A DNA stretch of 64,000 bases, taken from contig OZ059900.1 in NCBI GenBank assembly GCA_964057225.1, forward strand, positions 22,444,001 through 22,508,000. The letters are read 5' to 3'. Shown one piece after another: positions 27,294 to 40,500 of the stretch. The notes below the pieces were generated by a model. The model made no database searches. It saw only the letters and a list, made by a program, of their open reading frames with translations, and was not told where the DNA came from. The position numbers were made by a program, and so were the translations under genes. The DNA is from Auanema rhodensis (taxonomy: Eukaryota; Animalia; Nematoda). The stretch's first letter is position 1, and each line of letters begins with the position of its first letter.

Positions 27294-30200
27294 GTCAATG
27301 AAACCTAGCTCAAAATTGTTCCTACAACGTCTAGTTCCACTTTCACGACAAAAAACAGGGGTTAGAAAATTAAGGAAATTAGCATATTCTGAGGGCACGC
27401 CTCTATGGCTTATATTGATTAAATCGATTTTTGTTCATATGATTCGTCAAATGCATTGAATTTCAGCGTGTTACATACTAAAATGAAGTGTTTTACATGC
27501 TGAACACTAGAAAAATACAAAAACACAGTATTTCCCATGAGAAATATTTTATTATGCTGGAAAACCAGTTTTTGGAAATTTCGCTGTAAACAAGGTTTTG
27601 ACTTACGATTTCATGTGTTCAAACTCATGCAATGTCAATGAAACCTAGCTCAAAATTGTTCCTACAACGTCTAGTTCCACTTTCACGACAAAAAACAGGG
27701 GTTAGAAAATTAAGGAAATTAGCATATTCTGAGGGCACGCCCCTTATGGCTAATATTGATTAAATCGATTTTTGTTCATATGAGTCGTCAAATGCAACGA
27801 ATTTCAGCGTGTTACATACTAAAATGAAGCATTTTACATGCTGAACACTATAAAAATACAAAAACACAGTATTTCCCATGAGAAATATTTTATTATGCTG
27901 GAAAACCAGTTTTTGGAAATTTCGCTGTAAACAAGGTTTTGACTTACGATTTCATGTGTTCAAACTCATGCAATGTCAATGAAACCTAGCTCAAAATTGT
28001 TCCTACAACGTCTAATTCCACTTTCACGACAAAAAAACAGGGGTTAGAAAATTAAGGAAATTAGCATATTCTGAGGGCACGCCCCTTATGGCTAATATTG
28101 ATTAAATCGATTTTTGTTCATATGAGTCGTCAAATGCAACGAATTTTAGCGTGTTACATACTAAAATGAAGCATTTTACATGCTGAACACTAGAAAAATA
28201 CAAAAACACAGTATTTCCCATGAGAAATATTTTATTATGCTGGAAAACCAGTTTTTGGAAATTTCGCTGTAAACAAGGTTTTGACTTACGATTTCATGTG
28301 TTCAAACTCATGCAATGTCAATGAAACCTAGCTCAAAATTGTTCGTACAACGTCTAGTTCCACTTTCACGACAAAAAAACAGGGGTTAGAAAATTAAGGA
28401 AATTAGCATATTCTGAGGGCACGCCCCTTATGGCTAATATTGATTAAATCGATTTTTGTTCATATGAGTCGTCAAATGCAACGAATTTTAGCGTGTTACA
28501 TACTAAAATGAAGCATTTTACATGCTGAACACTAGAAAAATACAAAAACACAGTATTTCCCATGAGAAATATTTTATTATGCTGGAAAACCAGTTTTTGG
28601 AAATTTCGCTGTAAACAAGGTTTTGACTTACGATTTCATGTGTTCAAACTCATGCAATGTCAATGAAACCTAGCTCAAAATTGTTCGTACAACGTCTAGT
28701 TCCACTTTCACGACAAAAAAACAGGGGTTAGAAAATTAAGGAAATTAGCATATTCTGAGGGCACGCCCCTTATGGCTAATATTGATTAAATCGATTTTTG
28801 TTCATATGAGTCGTCAAATGCAACGAATTTCAGCGTATTACAAACTAAAATGAAGTATTTCACATGCTGAACACTAGAAAAATACAAAAACACAGTATTT
28901 CCCATGAGAAATATTTTATTATGCTGGAAAACCAGTTTTTGGAAATTTCGCTGTAAACAAGGTTTTGACTTACGATTTCATGTGTTCAAACTCATGCAAT
29001 GTCAATGAAACCTTGCTCAAAATTGTTCCTACAACGTCTAGTTCCACTTTCACGACAAAAAAACAGGGGTTAGAAAATTTAGGAAATTAGCATATTCTGA
29101 GGGCACGCCCCTTATGGCTAATATTGATTAAATCGATTTTTGTTCATATGAGTCGTCAAATGAAACGAATTTCAGGGTGTTACATACTAAAATGAAGCAT
29201 TTTACATGCTGAACACTATAAAAATACAAAAACACAGTATTTCCCATGAGAAATATTTTATTATGCTGGAAAACCAGTTTTTGGAAAGTTCGCTGTAAAC
29301 AAGGTTTTGACTTACGATTTCATGTGTTCAAACTCATGCAATGTCAATGAAACCTAGCTCAAAATTGTTCCTACAACGTCTAATTCCACTTTCACGACAA
29401 AAAAACAGGGGTTAGAAAATTAAGGAAATTAGCACATTCTGAGGGCACGCCCCTTATGGCTCATATTGATTAAATCGATTTTTGTTCATATGAGTCGTCA
29501 AATGCAACGAATTTCAGCGTGTTACATACTAAAATGAAGTATTTTACATGCTGAACACTAGAAAAATACAAAAACACAGTATTTCCCATGAGAAATATTT
29601 TATTATGCTGGAAAACCAGTTTTTGGAAATTTCGCTGTAAACAAGGTTTTGACTTACGATTTCATGTGTTCAAACTCATGCAATGTCAATGAAACCTAGC
29701 TCAAAATTGTTCCTACAACGTCTAGTTCCACTTTCACGACAAAAAACAGGGGTTAGAAAATTAAGGAAATTAGCATATTCTGAGGGCACGCCTCTATGGC
29801 TTATATTGATTAAATCGATTTTTGTTCATATGATTCGTCAAATGCATTGAATTTCAGCGTGTTACATACTAAAATGAAGTGTTTTACATGCTGAACACTA
29901 GAAAAATACAAAAACACAGTATTTCCCATGAGAAATATTTTATTATGCTGGAAAACCAGTTTTTGAAAATTTCGCTGTAAACAAGGTTTTGACTTACGAT
30001 TTCATGTGTTCAAACTCATGCAATGTCAATGAAACCTAGCTCAAAATTGTTCCTACAACGTCTAGTTCCACTTTCACGACAAAAAACAGGGGTTAGAAAA
30101 TTAAGGAAATTAGCATATTCTGAGGGCACGCCCCTTATGGCTAATATTGATTAAATCGATTTTTGTTCATATGAGTCGTCAAATGCAACGAATTTCAGCG

Positions 30201-33200
30201 TGTTACATACTAAAATGAAGCATTTTACATGCTGAACACTATAAAAATACAAAAACACAGTATTTCCCATGAGAAATATTTTATTATGCTGGAAAACCAG
30301 TTTTTGGAAATTTCGCTGTAAACAAGGTTTTGACTTACGATTTCATGTGTTCAAACTCATGCAATGTCAATGAAACCTAGCTCAAAATTGTTCCTACAAC
30401 GTCTAATTCCACTTTCACGACAAAAAAACAGGGGTTAGAAAATTAAGGAAATTAGCATATTCTGAGGGCACGCCCCTTATGGCTAATATTGATTAAATCG
30501 ATTTTTGTTCATATGAGTCGTCAAATGCAACGAATTTTAGCGTGTTACATACTAAAATGAAGCATTTTACATGCTGAACACTAGAAAAATACAAAAACAC
30601 AGTATTTCCCATGAGAAATATTTTATTATGCTGGAAAACCAGTTTTTGGAAATTTCGCTGTAAACAAGGTTTTGACTTACGATTTCATGTGTTCAAACTC
30701 ATGCAATGTCAATGAAACCTAGCTCAAAATTGTTCGTACAACGTCTAGTTCCACTTTCACGACAAAAAAACAGGGGTTAGAAAATTAAGGAAATTAGCAT
30801 ATTCTGAGGGCACGCCCCTTATGGCTAATATTGATTAAATCGATTTTTGTTCATATGAGTCGTCAAATGCAACGAATTTTAGCGTGTTACATACTAAAAT
30901 GAAGCATTTTACATGCTGAACACTAGAAAAATACAAAAACACAGTATTTCCCATGAGAAATATTTTATTATGCTGGAAAACCAGTTTTTGGAAATTTCGC
31001 TGTAAACAAGGTTTTGACTTACGATTTCATGTGTTCAAACTCATGCAATGTCAATGAAACCTAGCTCAAAATTGTTCCTACAACGTCTAGTTCCACTTTC
31101 ACGACAAAAAACAGGGGTTAGAAAATTAAGGAAATTAGCATATTCTGAGGGCACGCCCCTTATGGCTAATATTGATTAAATCGATTTTTGTTCATATGAG
31201 TCGTCAAATGCAACGAATTTCAGCGTGTTACATACTAAAATGAAGCATTTTACATGCTGAACACTATAAAAATACAAAAACACAGTATTTCCCATGAGAA
31301 ATATTTTATTATGCTGGAAAACCAGTTTTTGGAAATTTCGCTGTAAACAAGGTTTTGACTTACGATTTCATGTGTTCAAACTCATGCAATGTCAATGAAA
31401 CCTAGCTCAAAATTGTTCCTACAACGTCTAATTCCACTTTCACGACAAAAAAACAGGGGTTAGAAAATTAAGGAAATTAGCATATTCTGAGGGCACGCCC
31501 CTTATGGCTAATATTGATTAAATCGATTTTTGTTCATATGAGTCGTCAAATGCAACGAATTTTAGCGTGTTACATACTAAAATGAAGCATTTTACATGCT
31601 GAACACTAGAAAAATACAAAAACACAGTATTTCCCATGAGAAATATTTTATTATGCTGGAAAACCAGTTTTTGGAAATTTCGCTGTAAACAAGGTTTTGA
31701 CTTACGATTTCATGTGTTCAAACTCATGCAATGTCAATGAAACCTAGCTCAAAATTGTTCGTACAACGTCTAGTTCCACTTTCACGACAAAAAAACAGGG
31801 GTTAGAAAATTAAGGAAATTAGCATATTCTGAGGGCACGCCCCTTATGGCTAATATTGATTAAATCGATTTTTGTTCATATGAGTCGTCAAATGCAACGA
31901 ATTTTAGCGTGTTACATACTAAAATGAAGCATTTTACATGCTGAACACTAGAAAAATACAAAAACACAGTATTTCCCATGAGAAATATTTTATTATGCTG
32001 GAAAACCAGTTTTTGGAAATTTCGCTGTAAACAAGGTTTTGACTTACGATTTCATGTGTTCAAACTCATGCAATGTCAATGAAACCTAGCTCAAAATTGT
32101 TCGTACAACGTCTAGTTCCACTTTCACGACAAAAAAACAGGGGTTAGAAAATTAAGGAAATTAGCATATTCTGAGGGCACGCCCCTTATGGCTAATATTG
32201 ATTAAATCGATTTTTGTTCATATGAGTCGTCAAATGCAACGAATTTCAGCGTATTACAAACTAAAATGAAGTATTTCACATGCTGAACACTAGAAAAATA
32301 CAAAAACACAGTATTTCCCATGAGAAATATTTTATTATGCTGGAAAACCAGTTTTTGGAAATTTCGCTGTAAACAAGGTTTTGACTTACGATTTCATGTG
32401 TTCAAACTCATGCAATGTCAATGAAACCTTGCTCAAAATTGTTCCTACAACGTCTAGTTCCACTTTCACGACAAAAAAACAGGAGTTAGAAAATTTAGGA
32501 AATTAGCATATTCTGAGGGCACGCCCCTTATGGCTAATATTGATTAAATCGATTTTTGTTCATATGAGTCGTCAAATGAAACGAATTTCAGGGTGTTACA
32601 TACTAAAATGAAGCATTTTACATGCTGAACACTATAAAAATACAAAAACACAGTATTTCCCATGAGAAATATTTTATTATGCTGGAAAACCAGTTTTTGG
32701 AAAGTTCGCTGTAAACAAGGTTTTGACTTACGATTTCATGTGTTCAAACTCATGCAATGTCAATGAAACCTAGCTCAAAATTGTTCCTACAACGTCTAAT
32801 TCCACTTTCACGACAAAAAAACAGGGGTTAGAAAATTAAGGAAATTAGCACATTCTGAGGGCACGCCCCTTATGGCTAATATTGATTAAATCGATTTTTG
32901 TTCATATGAGTCGTCAAATGCAACGAATTTCAGCGTGTTACATACTAAAATGAAGTATTTTACATGCTGAACACTAGAAAAATACAAAAACACAGTATTT
33001 CCCATGAGAAATATTTTATTATGCTGGAAAACCAGTTTTTGGAAATTTCGCTGTAAACAAGGTTTTGACTTACGATTTCATGTGTTCAAACTCATGCAAT
33101 GTCAATGAAACCTAGCTCAAAATTGTTCCTACAACGTCTAGTTCCACTTTCACGACAAAAAACAGGGGTTAGAAAATTAAGGAAATTAGCATATTCTGAG

Positions 33201-34465
33201 GGCACGCCTCTATGGCTTATATTGATTAAATCGATTTTTGTTCATATGATTCGTCAAATGCATCGAATTTCAGCGTGTTACATACTAAAATGAAGTGTTT
33301 TACATGCTGAACACTAGAAAAATACAAAAACACAGTATTTCCCATGAGAAATATTTTATTATGCTGGAAAACCAGTTTTTGAAAATTTCGCTGTAAACAA
33401 GGTTTTGACTTACGATTTCATGTGTTCAAACTCATGCAATGTCAATGAAACCTAGCTCAAAATTGTTCCTACAACGTCTAGTTCCACTTTCACGACAAAA
33501 AACAGGGGTTAGAAAATTAAGGAAATTAGCATATTCTGAGGGCACGCCCCTTATGGCTAATATTGATTAAATCGATTTTTGTTCATATGAGTCGTCAAAT
33601 GCAACGAATTTCAGCGTGTTACATACTAAAATGAAGCATTTTACATGCTGAACACTATAAAAATACAAAAACACAGTATTTCCCATGAGAAATATTTTAT
33701 TATGCTGGAAAACCAGTTTTTGGAAATTTCGCTGTAAACAAGGTTTTGACTTACGATTTCATGTGTTCAAACTCATGCAATGTCAATGAAACCTAGCTCA
33801 AAATTGTTCCTACAACGTCTAATTCCACTTTCACGACAAAAAAACAGGGGTTAGAAAATTAAGGAAATTAGCATATTCTGAGGGCACGCCCCTTATGGCT
33901 AATATTGATTAAATCGATTTTTGTTCATATGAGTCGTCAAATGCAACGAATTTTAGCGTGTTACATACTAAAATGAAGCATTTTACATGCTGAACACTAG
34001 AAAAATACAAAAACACAGTATTTCCCATGAGAAATATTTTATTATGCTGGAAAACCAGTTTTTGGAAATTTCGCTGTAAACAAGGTTTTGACTTACGATT
34101 TCATGTGTTCAAACTCATGCAATGTCAATGAAACCTAGCTCAAAATTGTTCGTACAACGTCTAGTTCCACTTTCACGACAAAAAAACAGGGGTTAGAAAA
34201 TTAAGGAAATTAGCATATTCTGAGGGCACGCCCCTTATGGCTAATATTGATTAAATCGATTTTTGTTCATATGAGTCGTCAAATGCAACGAATTTTAGCG
34301 TGTTACATACTAAAATGAAGCATTTTACATGCTGAACACTAGAAAAATACAAAAACACAGTATTTCCCATGAGAAATATTTTATTATGCTGGAAAACCAG
34401 TTTTTGGAAATTTCGCTGTAAACAAGGTTTTGACTTACGATTTCATGTGTTCAAACTCATGCAAT
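27294..34465 (+). repeat. 7-monomer higher-order repeat with units starting at 27294, 29685 and 33101 (third partial); the second unit is expanded to 10 monomers by an internal trimer duplication
   Basis: Each unit opens with the diverged 340-bp monomer (GCCTCTATGGCTTA, GATTCG, AAGTGT). The trimer at 30025-31049 is repeated at 31050-32074. Confidence 0.87.
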
Positions 34466-37400
34466 GTCAATGAAACCTAGCTCAAAATTGTTCGTACAAC
34501 GTCTAGTTCCACTTTCACGACAAAAAAACAGGGGTTAGAAAATTAAGGAAATTAGCATATTCTGAGGGCACGCCCCTTATGGCTAATATTGATTAAATCG
34601 ATTTTTGTTCATATGAGTCGTCAAATGCAACGAATTTTAGCGTGTTACATACTAAAATGAAGCATTTTACATGCTGAACACTAGAAAAATACAAAAACAC
34701 AGTATTTCCCATGAGAAATATTTTATTATGCTGGAAAACCAGTTTTTGGAAATTTCGCTGTAAACAAGGTTTTGACTTACGATTTCATGTGTTCAAACTC
34801 ATGCAATGTCAATGAAACCTAGCTCAAAATTGTTCGTACAACGTCTAGTTCCACTTTCACGACAAAAAAACAGGGGTTAGAAAATTAAGGAAATTAGCAT
34901 ATTCTGAGGGCACGCCCCTTATGGTTAATATTGATTAAATCGATTTTTGTTCATATGAGTCGTCAAATGCAACGAATTTCAGCGTGTTACATACTAAAAT
35001 GAAGCATTTTACATGCTGAACACTAGAAAAATACAAAAACACAGTATTTCCCATGAGAAATATTTTATTATGCTGGAAAACCAGTTTTTGGAAATTTCGC
35101 TGTAAACAAGGTTTTGACTTACGATTTCATGTGTTCAAACTCATGCAATGTCAATGAAACCTAGCTCAAAATTGTTCCTACAACGTCTAGTTCCACTTTC
35201 ACGACAAAAAAACAGGGGTTAGAAAATTTAGGAAATTAGCATATTCTGAGGGCACGCCCCTTATGGCTAATATTGATTAAATCGATTTTTGTTCATATGA
35301 GTCGTCAAATGCAACGAATTTCAGCGTATTACAAACTAAAATGAAGTATTTCACATGCTGAACACTAGAAAAATACAAAAACACAGTATTTCCCATGAGA
35401 AATATTTTATTATGCTGGAAAACCAGTTTTTGGAAATTTCGCTGTAAACAAGGTTTTGACTTACGATTTCATGTGTTCAAACTCATGCAATGTCAATGAA
35501 ACCTTGCTCAAAATTGTTCCTACAACGTCTAGATCCACTTTCACGACAAAAAAACAGGGGTTAGAAAATTTAGGAAATTAGCATATTCTGAGGGCACGCC
35601 CCTTATGGCTAATATTGATTAAATCGATTTTTGTTCATATGAGTCGTCAAATGAAACGAATTTCAGGGTGTTACATACTAAAATGAAGCATTTTACATGC
35701 TGAACACTATAAAAATACAAAAACACAGTATTTCCCATGAGAAATATTTTATTATGCTGGAAAACCAGTTTTTGGAAAGTTCGCTGTAAACAAGGTTTTG
35801 ACTTACGATTTCATGTGTTCAAACTCATGCAATGTCAATGAAACCTAGCTCAAAATTGTTCCTACAACGTCTAATTCCACTTTCACGACAAAAAAACAGG
35901 GGTTAGAAAATTAAGGAAATTAGCACATTCTGAGGGCACGCCCCTTATGGCTAATATTGATTAAATCGATTTTTGTTCATATGAGTCGTCAAATGCAACG
36001 AATTTCAGCGTGTTACATACTAAAATGAAGTATTTTACATGCTGAACACTAGAAAAATACAAAAACACAGTATTTCCCATGAGAAATATTTTATTATGCT
36101 GGAAAACCAGTTTTTGGAAATTTCGCTGTAAACAAGGTTTTGACTTACGATTTCATGTGTTCAAACTCATGCAATGTCAATGAAACCTAGCTCAAAATTG
36201 TTCCTACAACGTCTAGTTCCACTTTCACGACAAAAAAACAGGGGTTAGAAAATTTAGGAAATTAGCATATTCTGAGGGCACGCCCCTTATGGCTAATATT
36301 GATTAAATCGATTTTTGTTCATATGAGTCGTCAAATGCAACGAATTTCAGCGTATTACAAACTAAAATGAAGTATTTCACATGCTGAACACTAGAAAAAT
36401 ACAAAAACACAGTATTTCCCATGAGAAATATTTTATTATGCTGGAAAACCAGTTTTTGGAAAGTTCGCTGTAAACAAGGTTTTGACTTACGATTTCATGT
36501 GTTCAAACTCATGCAATGTCAATGAAACCTAGCTCAAAATTGTTCCTACAACGTCTAATTCCACTTTCACGACAAAAAAACAGGGGTTAGAAAATTAAGG
36601 AAATTAGCACATTCTGAGGGCACGCCCCTTATGGCTAATATTGATTAAATCGATTTTTGTTCATATGAGTCGTCAAATGCAACGAATTTCAGCGTGTTAC
36701 ATACTAAAATGAAGTATTTTACATGCTGAACACTAGAGAAATACAAAAACACAGTATTTCCCATAAGAAATATTTTATTATGCTGGAAAACCAGTTTTTG
36801 GAAATTTCGCTGTAAACAAGGTTTTGACTTACGATTTCATGTGTTCAAACTCATGCAATGTCAATGAAACCTAGCTCAAAATTGTTCGTACAACGTCTAG
36901 TTCCACTTTCACGACAAAAAAACAGGGGTTAGAAAATTAAGGAAATTAGCATATTCTGAGGGCACGCCCCTTATGGCTAATATTGATTAAATCGATTTTT
37001 GTTCATATGAGTAGTCAAATGCAACGAATTTCAGCGTGTTACATACTTAAATGAAGCATTTTACATGCTGAACACTAGAAAAATACAAAAACACAGTATT
37101 TCCCATGAGAAATATTTTATTATACTGGAAACCAGTTTTTGGAATTTTCGCTGTAAACAAGGTTTTGACTTACAATTTCATGTGTTCAAACTCATGCAAT
37201 GTCAATGAAACCTAGCTCAAAATTGTTCGTACAACGTCTAGTTCCACTTTCACGACAAAAAAACAGGGGTTAGAAAATTAAGGAAATTAGCATATTCTGA
37301 GGGCACGCCCCTTATGGCTAATATTGATTAAATCGATTTTTGTTCATATGAGTCGTCAAATGAAACGAATTTCAGGGTGTTACATACTAAAATGAAGCAT

Positions 37401-37542
37401 TTTACATGCTGAACACTATAAAAATACAAAAACACAGTATTTCCCATGAGAAATATTTTATTATGCTGGAAAACCAGTTTTTGGAAAGTTCGCTGTAAAC
37501 AAGGTTTTGACTTACGATTTCATGTGTTCAAACTCATGCAAT

Positions 37543-40500
37543 GTCAATGAAACCTAGCTCAAAATTGTTCCTACAACGTCTAATTCCACTTTCACGACAA
37601 AAAAACAGGGGTTAGAAAATTAAGGAAATTAGCACATTCTGAGGGCACGCCCCTTATGGCTAATATTGATTAAATCGATTTTTGTTCATATGAGTCGTCA
37701 AATGCAACGAATTTCAGCGTGTTACATACTAAAATGAAGTATTTTACATGCTGAACACTAGAAAAATACAAAAACACAGTATTTCCCATGAGAAATATTT
37801 TATTATGCTGGAAAACCAGTTTTTGGAAATTTCGCTGTAAACAAGGTTTTGACTTACGATTTCATGTGTTCAAACTCATGCAATGTCAATGAAACCTAGC
37901 TCAAAATTGTTCCTACAACGTCTAGTTCCACTTTCACGACAAAAAAACAGGGGTTAGAAAATTTAGGAAATTAGCATATTCTGAGGGCACGCCCCTTATG
38001 GCTAATATTGATTAAATCGATTTTTGTTCATATGAGTCGTCAAATGCAACGAATTTCAGCGTATTACAAACTAAAATGGAGTATTTCACATGCTGAACAC
38101 TAGAAAAATACAAAAACACAGTATTTCCCATGAGAAATATTTTATTATGCTGGAAAACCAGTTTTTGGAAAGTTCGCTGTAAACAAGGTTTTGACTTACG
38201 ATTTCATGTGTTCAAACTCATGCAATGTCAATGAAACCTAGCTCAAAATTGTTCCTACAACGTCTAATTCCACTTTCACGACAAAAAAACAGGGGTTAGA
38301 AAATTAAGGAAATTAGCACATTCTGAGGGCACGCCCCTTATGGCTAATATTGATTAAATCGATTTTTGTTCATATGAGTCGTCAAATGCAACGAATTTCA
38401 GCGTGTTACATACTAAAATGAAGTATTTTACATGCTGAACACTAGAGAAATACAAAAACACAGTATTTCCCATAAGAAATATTTTATTATGCTGGAAAAC
38501 CAGTTTTTGGAAATTTCGCTGTAAACAAGGTTTTGACTTACGATTTCATGTGTTCAAACTCATGCAATGTCAATGAAACCTAGCTCAAAATTGTTCGTAC
38601 AACGTCTAGTTCCACTTTCACGACAAAAAAACAGGGGTTAGAAAATTAAGGAAATTAGCATATTCTGAGGGCACGCCCCTTATGGCTAATATTGATTAAA
38701 TCGATTTTTGTTCATATGAGTAGTCAAATGCAACGAATTTCAGCGTGTTACATACTTAAATGAAGCATTTTACATGCTGAACACTAGAAAAATACAAAAA
38801 CACAGTATTTCCCATGAGAAATATTTTATTATGCTGGAAACCAGTTTTTGGAATTTTCGCTGTAAACAAGGTTTTGACTTACGATTTCATGTGTTCAAAC
38901 TCATGCAATGTCAATAAAACCTAGCTCAAAATTGTTCGTACAACGTCTAGTTCCACTTTCACGACAAAAAAACAGGGGTTAGAAAATTTAGGAAATTAGC
39001 ATATTCTGAGGGCACGCCCCTTATGGCTAATATTGATTAAATCGATTTTTGTTCATATAAGTCGTCAAATGCAACGAATTTCAGCGTGTTACATACTAAA
39101 ATGAAGTATTTTACATGCTGAACACTAGAAAAATACAAAAACACAGTATTTCCCATGAGAAATATTTTATTATGCTGGAAAACCAGTTTTTGGAAATTTC
39201 GCTGTAAACAAGGTTATGACTTACGATTTCATGTGTTCAAACTCATGCAATGTCAATGAAACCTAGCTCAAAATTGTTCGTACAACGTCTAGTTCCACTT
39301 TCACGACAAAAAAACAGGGGTTAGAAAATTTAGGAAATTAGCATATTCTGAGGGCACGCCCCTTATGGCTAATATTGATTAAATCGATTTTTGTTCATAT
39401 GAGTCGTCAAATGCAACGAATTTCAGCGTGTTACATACTAAAATGAAGTATTTTACATGCTGAACACTAGAAAAATACAAAAACACAGTATTTCCCATGA
39501 GAAATATTTTATTATGCTGGAAAACCAGTTTTTGGAAATTTCGCTGTAAACAAGGTTTTGACTTACGATTTCATGTGTTCAAACTCATGCAATGTCAATG
39601 AAACCTAGCTCAAAATTGTTCCTACAACGTCTAGTTCCACTTTCACGACAAAAAACAGGGGTTAGAAAATTAAGGAAATTAGCATATTCTGAGGGCACGC
39701 CCCTTATGGCTAATATTGATTAAATCGATTTTTGTTCATATGAGTCGTCAAATGCAACGAATTTCAGCGTGTTACATACTAAAATGAACCATTTTACATG
39801 CTGAACACTAGAAAAATACAAAAACACAGTATTTCCCATGAGAAATATTTTATTATGCTGGAAAACCACTTTTTGGAAATTTCGCTGTAAACAAGGTTTT
39901 GACTTACGATTTCATGTGTTCAAACTCATGCAATGTCAATGAAACCTAGCTCAAAATTGTTCCTACAACGTCTAATTCCACTTTCACGACAAAAAAACAG
40001 GGGTTAGAAAATTAAGGAAATTAGCACATTCTGAGGGCACGCCCCTTATGGCTAATATTGATTAAATCGATTTTTGTTCATATGAGTCGTCAAATGCAAC
40101 GAATTTCAGCGTGTTACATACTAAAATGAAGTATTTTACATGCTGAACACTAGAAAAATACAAAAACACAGTATTTCCCATGAGAAATATTTTATTATGC
40201 TGGAAAACCAGTTTTTGGAAATTTCGCTGTAAACAAGGTTTTGACTTACGATTTCATGTGTTCAAACTCATGCAATGTCAATGAAACCTAGCTCAAAATT
40301 GTTCCTACAACGTCTAGTTCCACTTTCACGACAAAAAAACAGGGGTTAGAAAATTTAGGAAATTAGCATATTCTGAGGGCACGCCCCTTATGGCTAATAT
40401 TGATTAAATCGATTTTTGTTCATATGAGTCGTCAAATGCAACGAATTTCAGCGTATTACAAACTAAAATGGAGTATTTCACATGCTGAACACTAGAAAAA

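Noticed and set aside
33099-33293. 64-aa ORF MSMKPSSKLF...
   Set aside because: It lies within the satellite, and only one of about 187 copies has it open. It depends on two 1-bp deletions relative to consensus, its two sister copies have an in-frame TGA, and the peptide has no recognisable domain.
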